IMG/VR virus record: IMGVR_UViG_3300025010_000005
Span: 1-64,000 of that record
Reading direction: 5' to 3' (one strand)
Source: a virus
DNA length: 64,000 nucleotides
This document shows, one piece after another, positions 8,499 to 18,045 of this stretch. The notes beneath the pieces are model-generated. The model was not told the DNA's origin, made no database searches, and was given only the letters and a program-made list of their open reading frames with translations. The number at the start of each line of letters is the position of its first letter. Within the stretch, counting starts at the first letter, position 1. Both the position numbers and the translations under genes were made by a program.

Positions 8499-11400
8499 AT
8501 CCTATTGTTGCTCCGACTGGTAATGTTGGTGATCCAATAACAACGTTTGAAAGGATTCCGTATGTATTTCCATCGCTTAGATAGATTTTATCTGGAGCAA
8601 TCCAAGCAGTTGAATTATATAATGCTGCAACGTTTTGAGAAGCAATCAAAACATTATCAATCCAAATTCTCTGCCACATATAACGAACTCCATTGAAAAC
8701 AAAGTTTTCCCATTGCAGTTTGATGTGATGAGCATTTCCGTCCCAGATATCAACAGTATTTTCATTTAACTGTCCCCATCCGGCATTCCCAACAAGCCCA
8801 GTTGAAGAGTTATGTTTTCTCTCAAAATAAATATCTTTACAATTTATTCCAGTATTATTTAACCTCCACAATAATAACGTATTATTTCCGTAAGTAGCAT
8901 TTGGATCAAATCCGCCAATTATCGTGTAACTCTTACCGGATGAAATTGTTGGTGGAACATAATCGAACTCAATATAACCATTTTGCACCCAATAAGGATC
9001 AACACTTCCAGATGGAGTTGAACAAATGTCTGCATTCCTGGTTCCATTTGTGCCATTTGTTGCAATGTAAGAGGTCATAAATGGATTTGCTTCGCATTGT
9101 GCGCCCCAAATATAAGCATTTCCCAAACCATCACCAGTGTATGAAATTGCACCATCTTTTGCAAGACCAAAGTCAATATTGTTATTTGCTGTTGTTGCAG
9201 TTAAAGTAATCCAACAACGATATGCTCCATTTCCAACATATTGAATTCCTGCTGCAACAGAAGAACCAGCAGACAAAACACTTTTTGTGTTTAAATCAAA
9301 TATCCTATATTGTCCAGATGCACCGTTATCACCAATCCAAATTTGACTTCTTGTTCCCTTTCTAACAAATATAGATATTGTATAAACAACATCATTTGTT
9401 AAACATGTTTGTCTACGAATGTAATGTGTGTTAATTGCAGTTGTATCTTCTGTAATAATACTAAAACCGGGAGTTAATGATTGATCTAGTTCAACAACTG
9501 TTCCAGTTGAAACGGTACATCTTGCTTTTGTTTGCCACCAAGCATTTGGAAAATCTTCTGAATATTGAACAAGATTGGTTCCAGCACCTTCAAAAATTAA
9601 ACCAGAAGATGCTATTGAAGGAGTAACAATTGTTCCAGAAGGCATTGTGCCATATGATTCTGTTACAGTTCCAGCAAGATATCCACCTTTTAAAGAAGCC
9701 AATGCTTTAATATTTGCACTTCCAGATGAACCAGCAGGTTTTTGTACATACGCAGTTCTAGCCAATCCATTGAAAGTGGAAATACCGTCTGCTGTTCCAA
9801 CATATAAATTATTAACGTCTTCGTCATAAGATAATGCTTGAACTACGTTGGAAGTTCCGCCAAGGAGGCATTTGGTGTTTGCCTGAAAAAGAGGGGCTTC
9901 CTGGGCATAGATGAAGGCGATATCTTCGGCGGTGGGGGCATAGGCCATAGTCCTCCACAAGGCTACTGATCCGTGTAAAAGGTCGGAGAAATTATCCTGG
10001 CGTTTTCCGATCACCAGGGTAGCAGAACTGTTTGATATCCCTAACACTGCTGCGCTTATGGTTACATCTGAAGCTGCCTTACCATCATCAATCCACAACT
10101 CTAGTTTTCCCGCCCGACATATGAGAAGAACTAGATGGGGGATGCTGTCGTCTACAGCTACCCCACTGCAAATAGTGTCATACGTCAAAACATTATCATC
10201 TGAAATGTAGGCCTGTAAAGTGCCGTCAATATTTACGAGTAGTTCTAAAAACCCGCCGCCGGTGAAGGCTGACTCATTGTAAGAACATCTACACAATACA
10301 ATCTCTATACCCGTGTTAGAAGTCTCTTTCAGCCACCCCATAATGCAGAAATCGCCAGTCCCTACGTCAAGATCCGCGCTATATGGCTGTTCCAGATAGT
10401 TTTCCGCAGAGAAGCCCGAATAGGCTACCAGGTCGCTGCCAGCTGCTACGGGTGTCTTGGTGAGAGAGCCGTAGACCGCCAGCCCCTTGGCTTTGACCGA
10501 GCGATCTGATTCCACTGGCCTGCAAGAAACATTCTTTACAGTTATGCTCGTGTCGGTATCTGTAGAATGGAATGAGAGGTATGAAAGGGCCGAAACCGCC
10601 GTGAAATAGAGGTTAATCGAGCCAACAGGAACCTGCGAATAGATGGCTGTTCTTAGTTCATTTCCGCGCACCGTAGTCCCGGCGAAGACATATAAGTCTG
10701 CTCCGGCATCGTGCGCAGTGACATCTAACGTTATGCAGTACTGTTTTCCAGCCTCGGTGGTTATTGGCCGACAAATAGAGCCATCCGCATTGCTAACATC
10801 AGAGATAACTGCACCAATGGAAGACCACACGGCATTTATGCTATTCCATCCGGTAAGATCGGCAGCAAAATCGCCATTCGCCACAAGCTCATTCGTTACC
10901 TTACAGGAAACATTATCTACCTTGAAATAATATCCCTCATGCGCGCACTCAATCCTGAAATACGTGGTCGCGGTTGTTGCCGTGAATGTGCGCGTAAATG
11001 TTCCACTTAACCCAGCGATTGATTCATATGTGTAGTCCGTGCCGTTTAGGGTGCTTCCAATTCTAAAAACAGAGCCTATGGTGCTTGTTCGTTCAGTAAT
11101 TGTGAACGAAAGTTGGTATGTTTTTCCGATCTCTGTAGGAAAACTATTTTGAAGAACGCCACCAGGACTATTTATGTCGTATCTCCAGACTTTAGCCGTG
11201 CCAGCATCCCATACGGTGGCTCCAGAAACAGTCCATCCGGTAAGATCGGCAGCAAAGGTTCCATTTGTAACCAATTCAATCGCAGGTTCTCCGATCACTC
11301 CCGCAACCGAATCAGCCAGCCATGCCCCTCGAATGTCACCGGGCATCCAGCCGGATATCCAGTCCTTGGTGGTGTAGTTCACCATCCCGCTCGCGGGAGT

Positions 11401-12357
11401 GATGGTGTTCTCTTTGAGGGTGGAGATTCCCCCGCCAGAGCCGCGCATTATGCGCCCACCGCCTCCCGATAGCGCAAGACCACCACCCGGCACAGGATAG
11501 AGAATCGCAGGAATTGATTCGTTGGTGTACCAGTCTATCGAAAAGCCAGCTCCTAAAGAGCCAATATTCCTTGCGTATCCAGAATAGGCCGTACCATAAG
11601 GTGCGTGCAGGGAGAAGTCTGCCGCAATAAAAACACCAGGAAAATCCCATGTAGAAGCACTATTTACCACTGTTCCACTGTCATGAATGATTGAAACCCC
11701 TCCAGCGGTCCCAACAACCACAGTAGGCACGGGAAGGCCTGTCAAGGCATCGATAGGAGCACCGGGGAGGACGGTGGCTGTCACGTCGTTAATGGTGCTG
11801 CTGGCAAGAGCTGTCACACTACTCGATGTGTAAGATCGGTAAGAGTTTCTTGCAATAATACCGCCAGAGAAATTATGCAATGCTGAACCTTGACGTTCTT
11901 TCATAGTTTCGTCTATAAAATTACAAAAACCGAAATAAAGCGCTAAACCAGCAAACAAGTAGCCATCAACCATCCAAACAGAACTGAGTGTTGTGCCACC
12001 TATAAAATAGACATTTCCTGTAGTAAATACCATCCACATGGGCAACGTGGAATCTGTGGCATCATAAATCGTTATTTTGGCAGCTTCCGCCACAATCAAA
12101 GCCAGCGCAGGAAACATCCTGGTTGCCCCACGAGTAGCCGTGTTTAGTGCCTCGTTGTACCAGCTAGTGTTCTGGCAACGCAATCTCCACTCGCCGCCGT
12201 CCGAATCTTTGGTGGTATCATAAATAAATACATCTACAATTGTTGTTGAAGAACTAACGATGGCAGAATAAGCATTTAAAGTAGATGGTGAAAATGTTGA
12301 AAGATATTGATAACCATTTCTAATGGCTCCATCTTGTGCAGTTGCGAAATTGGGCAT
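8497..12357 (-). CDS. Large virion fibre/spike protein with tandem carbohydrate-binding-like modules and a LamG-like domain
   Basis: 1286 aa; ELV(T/A)NGxFAADLTGW repeats; DFCIMGW..HLVL..LWID LamG pattern; C-terminal GLIFEG..TNL..WGAQCE..TSYIAT..TRNAD fibre domain. Confidence 0.75.
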   Translation of the reverse strand: MPNFATAQDGAIRNGYQYLSTFSPSTLNAYSAIVSSSTTIVDVFIYDTTKDSDGGEWRLRCQNTSWYNEALNTATRGATRMFPALALIVAEAAKITIYDATDSTLPMWMVFTTGNVYFIGGTTLSSVWMVDGYLFAGLALYFGFCNFIDETMKERQGSALHNFSGGIIARNSYRSYTSSSVTALASSTINDVTATVLPGAPIDALTGLPVPTVVVGTAGGVSIIHDSGTVVNSASTWDFPGVFIAADFSLHAPYGTAYSGYARNIGSLGAGFSIDWYTNESIPAILYPVPGGGLALSGGGGRIMRGSGGGISTLKENTITPASGMVNYTTKDWISGWMPGDIRGAWLADSVAGVIGEPAIELVTNGTFAADLTGWTVSGATVWDAGTAKVWRYDINSPGGVLQNSFPTEIGKTYQLSFTITERTSTIGSVFRIGSTLNGTDYTYESIAGLSGTFTRTFTATTATTYFRIECAHEGYYFKVDNVSCKVTNELVANGDFAADLTGWNSINAVWSSIGAVISDVSNADGSICRPITTEAGKQYCITLDVTAHDAGADLYVFAGTTVRGNELRTAIYSQVPVGSINLYFTAVSALSYLSFHSTDTDTSITVKNVSCRPVESDRSVKAKGLAVYGSLTKTPVAAGSDLVAYSGFSAENYLEQPYSADLDVGTGDFCIMGWLKETSNTGIEIVLCRCSYNESAFTGGGFLELLVNIDGTLQAYISDDNVLTYDTICSGVAVDDSIPHLVLLICRAGKLELWIDDGKAASDVTISAAVLGISNSSATLVIGKRQDNFSDLLHGSVALWRTMAYAPTAEDIAFIYAQEAPLFQANTKCLLGGTSNVVQALSYDEDVNNLYVGTADGISTFNGLARTAYVQKPAGSSGSANIKALASLKGGYLAGTVTESYGTMPSGTIVTPSIASSGLIFEGAGTNLVQYSEDFPNAWWQTKARCTVSTGTVVELDQSLTPGFSIITEDTTAINTHYIRRQTCLTNDVVYTISIFVRKGTRSQIWIGDNGASGQYRIFDLNTKSVLSAGSSVAAGIQYVGNGAYRCWITLTATTANNNIDFGLAKDGAISYTGDGLGNAYIWGAQCEANPFMTSYIATNGTNGTRNADICSTPSGSVDPYWVQNGYIEFDYVPPTISSGKSYTIIGGFDPNATYGNNTLLLWRLNNTGINCKDIYFERKHNSSTGLVGNAGWGQLNENTVDIWDGNAHHIKLQWENFVFNGVRYMWQRIWIDNVLIASQNVAALYNSTAWIAPDKIYLSDGNTYGILSNVVIGSPTLPVGATIG

Positions 12358-12387
12358 TATATTCTCCTTGTGAATTTAAACGAATGT

Positions 12388-13086
12388 TTACACGAAGTAT
12401 GTTGCGATTCCAGTTCTCGTTGCTGTTGCTGGATCTGGAAAATCAAAAGAAAAAGAACCATCTGATTCTGTTATATTTCTAACGGGGATTACAAGATTAT
12501 TTAATAATAAATTTGTTGATTGAATATTTTGTGTGGATAGATTGTCGCATGCAATATTTCCAGAGGGATATGCAATTGTTGACAAAGTTAAATCAATAGA
12601 TTGAATACCACCAGAGGTTAAATACATTGTTCCAAGTGAAACATAACCAGATGTGAGTCCAGAAGGTGCCGTATTACTGAATACCTGAATCTTTGCTGCA
12701 CCAAATTTCCTAGTATTTAAAGTTTGTACTTGTTTGATTCTGTTGATAATATTATTTAAAACATAACCAGTTGCAGGTGAATCCAATACTTCCTGGTAAT
12801 ATGCTGCGATGGTGTCAGTTCTCACTAAAGCTCCTGTTGGTGGAATGACAACAAATCCACTTGATGATTCAAGTTCTCCGATAATTCCGTTCATAATAAT
12901 TGCACCAGTTGAGACATATCCAGAAGTTGAATTAATTTTAATAACGTTCAATCCAGTTAAAACTCCATTAGTAATTCCTAATAGATTGGATGAATACATT
13001 TGAACGGCTTCTTCAATATAATCGGAAATACGAGTTATATCACTCGTTTGAATTTCTTTAAGCTTGTGACAATACGATTTTTTCAT
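12388..13086 (-). CDS. Putative virion/tail-fibre attachment protein
   Basis: GVLTGLNV..VSTG..G..RTDTI pattern typical of fibre N-termini; upstream of the fibre gene. Confidence 0.55.
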   Translation of the reverse strand: MKKSYCHKLKEIQTSDITRISDYIEEAVQMYSSNLLGITNGVLTGLNVIKINSTSGYVSTGAIIMNGIIGELESSSGFVVIPPTGALVRTDTIAAYYQEVLDSPATGYVLNNIINRIKQVQTLNTRKFGAAKIQVFSNTAPSGLTSGYVSLGTMYLTSGGIQSIDLTLSTIAYPSGNIACDNLSTQNIQSTNLLLNNLVIPVRNITESDGSFSFDFPDPATATRTGIATYFV

Positions 13087-13178
13087 TGCTTCTCCTTTTC
13101 GACTTCTAAAAGTTATTATAGACTTTGGTATTAATAGTTATAATTGCTTAATATATCTTAATGAAGGAAAATAAAGTC

Positions 13179-13207
13179 TTGACAATGAGTTGTCATTATG
13201 CTATACT
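13179..13207 (+). promoter_or_regulatory. sigma70-type promoter for the SSB operon
   Basis: TTGACA-17-TATACT with extended TG. Confidence 0.8.
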
Positions 13208-13333
13208 GTATAAAGTTGGTTCGAGAAAGATGACAAAGGAGGTAACGAAATTTGATTGTTCTGTAGATTGTCTCGTGTAATCGAGCTGGAAAAGTTTTTT
13301 GTGTTAAATTTTTGAAGGAGAACAAAACAAACT

Positions 13334-14071
13334 ATGGCAAATCTAAACGATATTTTCAATGCTCCCAAGAAGTCAACAATTCCTTCACCTCTTTGTCGTT
13401 ATGACTATATGCAAGAGAAGGCAAAGGAATATATTCGTTTCCGCTTTGGGACTGAGTTCGATAAACTTGAACTTCTAGTCCGACATTGGGTAACTGGTGT
13501 TGGTCAAGTTGCTTGCGGTCAAACGCCAACAATGAAGTCTGATGGAACTCTTGGATTGTTTGGTGAATGTGAATATTGCGCTCGCAAACGTGCAATGCGT
13601 GATGATCTAAAGAACAAGGCAATTGCTGACGGACAACCTGATATGTCAAAGGATGATGCTAAGAAGTGTGGCGACCTTTACCGTCGAGAAGTTGCACTTG
13701 TTGGTGAAGCCGAAATCGAAGTCCGAATTGGCAAGAAGGTAATTAAGGAACTTGCTCCTCATGCGATCAAATTAAAGGTAATGGATGGTTTCTCTTCAAA
13801 TGGCAAGGGATATTACAAGCAACTTGCTTCTATCTTTGAGAATAAGGGAACCATTATGGATCGTTGGTTCACTCTTGGAAAGGGAACTCTAACTGCCGAC
13901 GATCCTCTTAAGGACGGTGAGAACACTCCAATCGAGGGTGTTGATCTTACTTACTTCGATAAGACTACCATTCCTTATGCAGACGGTGTTGCAAAACTTG
14001 GTATTCAAAAGAATGCTGTTGGCGCTGCAACTCCGATGGATGATGATATTGAAGAAGGAGCTGATTTCTAA
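13334..14071 (+). CDS. Single-stranded DNA-binding protein (gp32-like)
   Basis: H..C..CEYC Zn site; acidic tail DDDIEEGADF ending in Phe; own promoter and terminator. Confidence 0.7.
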   Translation: MANLNDIFNAPKKSTIPSPLCRYDYMQEKAKEYIRFRFGTEFDKLELLVRHWVTGVGQVACGQTPTMKSDGTLGLFGECEYCARKRAMRDDLKNKAIADGQPDMSKDDAKKCGDLYRREVALVGEAEIEVRIGKKVIKELAPHAIKLKVMDGFSSNGKGYYKQLASIFENKGTIMDRWFTLGKGTLTADDPLKDGENTPIEGVDLTYFDKTTIPYADGVAKLGIQKNAVGAATPMDDDIEEGADF

Positions 14072-14082
14072 ACAAGACTATT

Positions 14083-14108
14083 GGGAGGGGGACTTGCCCC
14101 CTCCCTTT
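14083..14108 (+). terminator. Terminator hairpin after SSB
   Basis: gggaggggg-acttg-ccccctccc-ttt. Confidence 0.7.
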
Positions 14109-14122
14109 CAAAAAGGAGACAA

Positions 14123-14269
14123 ATGAGTAAATTAGATTCCACATCACCAAATTGGCCATGTACGAAATGTAAAGATAAAAAATCATGCTATCATGAAGAA
14201 TGTGATGTTTGCCCTAAATGGAAAAGTGAAATACAAAAATGGTTTGAAGAAAATACACAAGGAGAATAA
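14123..14269 (+). CDS. Small Cys-rich protein
   Basis: AAGGAG RBS; CTKC..C..CDVC. Confidence 0.55.
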   Translation: MSKLDSTSPNWPCTKCKDKKSCYHEECDVCPKWKSEIQKWFEENTQGE

Positions 14270-14271
14270 AA

Positions 14272-14412
14272 ATGTCAATGACTATTATTAAAGGTTGTTC
14301 CTGTCAACACGAGTTTCAAGACAAAACTTACGGCAAGGGAAATCGAGTACATAATATCGGTGTAAATGGACAACAAACTTGCACCGTTTGTGGAACTAAG
14401 AAGGGTAAGTAA
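14272..14412 (+). CDS. 46-aa Zn-finger protein
   Basis: CSCQHEFQDKTYGKGNRVHN..CTVCG, AAGGAG RBS; not in ORF track. Confidence 0.65.
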   Translation: MSMTIIKGCSCQHEFQDKTYGKGNRVHNIGVNGQQTCTVCGTKKGK

Positions 14413-14431
14413 TAATTTAAGGACGTTTTAA

Positions 14432-14809
14432 ATGTGTAAGCATCACGATTGGTTGAACTTTGCAAAGAAGATTGCAGAAAAGTCTACTTTTCCTAAGTTT
14501 CGGATGGCCGCCATTGTAACAAAGTCTGGAAGACCGCTTTCTAGTGGGTGGAACAAGTTATCTCCAGGAATCTTGAAAAATCCAATATACGGTGAACACC
14601 AGATGCTTCACGCAGAATGTCAAGCAATTTTGCAATTGGAACCGAAACAACTCCGGAACGCCACAATTTATGTCGCTGGTTTAACTAGAGGTGGCAATCT
14701 TCTGTTAAGTAAGCCTTGTGATGCTTGCATGTTTCTAATCAAGCAAGCTGGGATCAAACGAATTGTTTTTCATACTAAAGAGGGAGAAGTGGTTATCGAG
14801 AATATCTAA
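14432..14809 (+). CDS. Cytidine/dCMP deaminase-family Zn-dependent deaminase
   Basis: HAE...PCDAC...AGIKRIVF. Confidence 0.85.
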   Translation: MCKHHDWLNFAKKIAEKSTFPKFRMAAIVTKSGRPLSSGWNKLSPGILKNPIYGEHQMLHAECQAILQLEPKQLRNATIYVAGLTRGGNLLLSKPCDACMFLIKQAGIKRIVFHTKEGEVVIENI

Positions 14810-14863
14810 TTGTAAAGCAATGTTAAGAAAATATTACAAAGTGTAAAGAAGGAGAAAGAATCG

Positions 14864-14892
14864 TTGACAACTAAGTTATAAAGAGGTATTAT
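14864..14892 (+). promoter_or_regulatory. sigma70-type promoter for the operon ending in the NAD genes
   Basis: TTGACA-17-TATTAT. Confidence 0.75.
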
Positions 14893-14969
14893 GAGAGGGT
14901 CAAGTCGGCCCTCTCGTTTTCGTGAACCAAAGTTCACATGTGCCGTAAGCAACAATTGAAGGAGAAAAA

Positions 14970-15140
14970 ATGCTTTTTATTGCTTGGTTTAGTTTGTTTA
15001 TGGCGGCGGTTAATACTTGGAAGTATTTTCCAACAATTTTCACCGAAAAAACAGTCCCAGAAAGAATTGCATCTTTTACGATTGTTATTATGCAATCAAT
15101 TTTGCTTTATTTTGTTTGTTATCACATGTTTATTGGATAG
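14970..15140 (+). CDS. 56-aa membrane protein
   Basis: AAGGAG RBS; two hydrophobic segments. Confidence 0.55.
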   Translation: MLFIAWFSLFMAAVNTWKYFPTIFTEKTVPERIASFTIVIMQSILLYFVCYHMFIG

Positions 15141-15148
15141 GAGAAAAG

Positions 15149-15541
15149 ATGAATTATTTAATCGGAAAAAAGATTGAAAGAGTTTTTATTAGCAAAAATG
15201 GTAATGATCAAATGGTTTTTATTACTGATCAAAACGAAAGGATTTTATATTCTGCGGAAGGCGATTGTTGCAGTTATAGTTATTTTCAAGATTTAATTGG
15301 TGTAAAAAACCTACTTGGTCATACTATTGAGTCTGTTGAAAGCATCGATCTTGAACATGATGGATGGACTAATCACGATGAAAATAAATCATATGGTTAT
15401 ATAATCAGAACCGATAACGGAGTTTGTGTTTTGTCTTTTAGGAATGCAAGTAACGGATATTACGGAGGTTGGCTGCAAAGAGAAATTGGTGATTTTAAAC
15501 TAGATATGGATGAAATTCTTAACGACTGGATTGCTGATTGA
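15149..15541 (+). CDS. Conserved phage hypothetical protein
   Basis: GDCCS..F and RNASNGYYGG motifs; ATG after AGGAG. Confidence 0.7.
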   Translation: MNYLIGKKIERVFISKNGNDQMVFITDQNERILYSAEGDCCSYSYFQDLIGVKNLLGHTIESVESIDLEHDGWTNHDENKSYGYIIRTDNGVCVLSFRNASNGYYGGWLQREIGDFKLDMDEILNDWIAD

Positions 15542-15552
15542 AGGAGTTTAAA

Positions 15553-16077
15553 ATGTTTGAAAAAGGTGATCGAGTTAGATGTGTTGGTCTTGAATCTACA
15601 CATAATCAACAATATAATGGAATGTTTGGTACTGTTATCAGTTATTCGTTTGGTAGTGTACAAGCAAAATTAGATAATGGTGAAGTTGTTAAGTTTGCAG
15701 AATACAGATTTGAGAAAGTTGAGAATGAAATGCAAATTGAAGTTGGAAAGTCTTATTGCAATGCAAGTGGAAAGAAAATTACAATGGTTGCAGACAGAGA
15801 CAAAAATGAACAAAAAATTAAACATCTTCTAAGATTTATCGCATTTAACGAAACCAATGGAGAATATTCACTGTTTGATATTGATGGCAAAGTTGGTGTT
15901 CTTAACGAAGAATTTGATTTAGTTTCAGAATGGCGCGAACCTATTGAAGTTAAAGGTTATGTTGCTGTTTATGCTGATGAAAGTTTTGGCAGAATTCAAA
16001 AAAATAGAACAGAAGCAAAAAATACATATCCCGGCGCAATTGCTTACGTTGAAGTTTATGGAAAGGAAGTGCTTTAA
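15553..16077 (+). CDS. Hypothetical protein (SH3-like N-terminal part)
   Basis: FEKGDRVR..GMFGTV pattern; AAGGAG RBS. Confidence 0.65.
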   Translation: MFEKGDRVRCVGLESTHNQQYNGMFGTVISYSFGSVQAKLDNGEVVKFAEYRFEKVENEMQIEVGKSYCNASGKKITMVADRDKNEQKIKHLLRFIAFNETNGEYSLFDIDGKVGVLNEEFDLVSEWREPIEVKGYVAVYADESFGRIQKNRTEAKNTYPGAIAYVEVYGKEVL

Positions 16078-16418
16078 TGTTTGAATTGAATAAATATTAC
16101 AACATTGGTGGAAACAAATATCAATTGATTCATGAACGAAAAACTGTTGGAAAAGATAAAGAGTATTTTTTCATTTTAGATAGCGGAACATTATTAAGGT
16201 ATTACAGTGATTATAAAGGACTTAAAGAAATTATTCCTTGGAAAGAAAAAGTTGTAGTTACAAAATACATTGATGTTTACAAATCTAAAAATTCAAATGC
16301 ACTTTGTACCGGGCCAATTTTAAATTTTCCGGCTAACGAAAAAGATAGAAATAAATACACCCATTACACTTATATTAAAACTATTGAGTTTGAATTAGAA
16401 GAGGAAGTGGAATCTTGA
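16077..16418 (+). CDS. Hypothetical protein
   Basis: TAATG coupling; resembles C-terminal half of the preceding gene. Confidence 0.65.
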   Translation: MFELNKYYNIGGNKYQLIHERKTVGKDKEYFFILDSGTLLRYYSDYKGLKEIIPWKEKVVVTKYIDVYKSKNSNALCTGPILNFPANEKDRNKYTHYTYIKTIEFELEEEVES

Positions 16419-16600
16419 TTTGTAAACTTTATACTCTAAAACGTGGTGATAAATTCAAATTCATTGGCGACGATCAAATTGTTGTTTATAAAAAGACTGA
16501 TGGAATGTACGCACAGTGTTTCAAAGATGGTGATGATTTGAATGATTACAATAGGATGGGACTTATAGCCGCTTGGACAGATGTTGAAAGGATTGATTAA
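16415..16600 (+). CDS. Hypothetical protein
   Basis: Overlap with upstream stop, abuts next gene. Confidence 0.55.
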   Translation: MICKLYTLKRGDKFKFIGDDQIVVYKKTDGMYAQCFKDGDDLNDYNRMGLIAAWTDVERID

Positions 16601-16834
16601 GTGAAGAAAATTATTTGTTTTTGTATTTTAGCGTTAACAATTTCTGGCTGCGGTTTAGACGAACAAAGCAAATATAACGTCACTACTTTGAGAGGAAACA
16701 AAACAATTGTACATGAAAATGTAGTTATCTTTAGTTCAATCGATAATTGTAACGCTATCGTTGTTAAACAAAATGATGTTAAAAAACTAATTGAATTTAA
16801 AATGTACGACAAAATTATCATTGAAAAGAGATAG
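16601..16834 (+). CDS. Putative lipoprotein
   Basis: MKK + hydrophobic stretch + lipobox ISGC. Confidence 0.65.
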   Translation: MKKIICFCILALTISGCGLDEQSKYNVTTLRGNKTIVHENVVIFSSIDNCNAIVVKQNDVKKLIEFKMYDKIIIEKR

Positions 16835-16847
16835 AAAGGAGAATAAA

Positions 16848-17642
16848 TTGCTTAAAATTAACGGGAAAGTGGTTGGTGATGAAACGTATCCAAACGGCGA
16901 GACCATTATGTATTCGGATGTTGGAATTACAGATTTGATAATGTCTTTTGAATTAAAGTTTGAAAATGATTCAGATTTGTTCAATTTGATGATGTATAAA
17001 AAATATGTTGATGAAAAATATCCCAACACACAAAAATGCTTGATTATGAGATATATTCCTTATTCAAGAATGGACAGAAAAATTGATGGTTACATTTTCA
17101 GTTTGAAATATTTTTGTCAATTTATTAACGATTTGAAATTCAATCAGGTTTTTGTTTTAGATCCTCATTCCTCGATGTCAATTGGACTGTTAAACAACGT
17201 TAGTGAATTAAATATTTCCAATTTGGTAAATAAAGCTATGTTAGGTAAAGACATCGATTACATCTTTTATCCAGACGCAGGAGCTTGTAAGAGATATAGC
17301 GAGACTTTAAATCTTTGGAAGCCTTACGATTACTTTTACGGAAATAAAAAGCGTAATTTACAAACCGGTGAAATTATTGATTATGAATTGGTTGATTGTC
17401 CGAATATCAAAGGAAAGAATATTTTAATCGTTGACGATCTTTGTTCAAAAGGATTTACATTCTATAATGCTGCTCAAAAACTAAAACAAACCGGAGCAGA
17501 TAAAATTTATCTTTATGTCTCTCATTGTGAAAACTCAATTTATGACGGAAAACTGTTGATTGGAGATTATTTAATCGAACGAATTTATACAACCGATTCA
17601 ATTCTCACAAATTTTACAAGCAAAAAGATTGTTGTACTTTAA
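16848..17642 (+). CDS. PRPP-synthetase-like protein (likely ADPR-PP synthetase, NARP1 Adps-like)
   Basis: YPNGE, YIPYSRMDR, LDPHS, YPDAGA, LIVDDLCSKGFTF, LYVSH; TTG start after AAGGAG. Confidence 0.85.
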   Translation: MLKINGKVVGDETYPNGETIMYSDVGITDLIMSFELKFENDSDLFNLMMYKKYVDEKYPNTQKCLIMRYIPYSRMDRKIDGYIFSLKYFCQFINDLKFNQVFVLDPHSSMSIGLLNNVSELNISNLVNKAMLGKDIDYIFYPDAGACKRYSETLNLWKPYDYFYGNKKRNLQTGEIIDYELVDCPNIKGKNILIVDDLCSKGFTFYNAAQKLKQTGADKIYLYVSHCENSIYDGKLLIGDYLIERIYTTDSILTNFTSKKIVVL

Positions 17643-18043
17643 TGGATTATTATTTGAATTATGAAAATTGCATCAATAGATTGGTTGATGAATGGAGGTT
17701 ACATAAAAAAATCATAATTGCTTTTGATTATGACGATACGGTATTTGATTTTCACAACAAGGGAAGAAAATACAATAATGTAATTTCGCTTTTAAAAAGA
17801 TGTAATTTTGCGGGTGCTTATTTTATAGTTTTTACATGTTGCGGTGAAGACCAATATGATGAAATTTATGAATATTTAGAAAAAAACGATATACCTTGTG
17901 ATAAAATAAATGAAAATATGGATTTCATCAAATTTACAGGAAGAAAAATTTATTACAACATATTATTGGATGATAGAGCTGGACTAGAATCTGCATACGA
18001 CGTTTTAACCGAAGCAGTACATAGATATTTAAAAGGAGAATAA
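17642..18043 (+). CDS. HAD-superfamily hydrolase
   Basis: AFDYDDT, FT, K..Y..LLDDRAG motifs. Confidence 0.75.
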   Translation: MDYYLNYENCINRLVDEWRLHKKIIIAFDYDDTVFDFHNKGRKYNNVISLLKRCNFAGAYFIVFTCCGEDQYDEIYEYLEKNDIPCDKINENMDFIKFTGRKIYYNILLDDRAGLESAYDVLTEAVHRYLKGE

Positions 18044-18045
18044 AA

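Noticed and set aside
10845-11256. Diversity-generating retroelement TR/VR pair in fibre gene
   Set aside because: Repeat is only 25 nt, has no adenine-specific mismatches, and no reverse transcriptase is in the window
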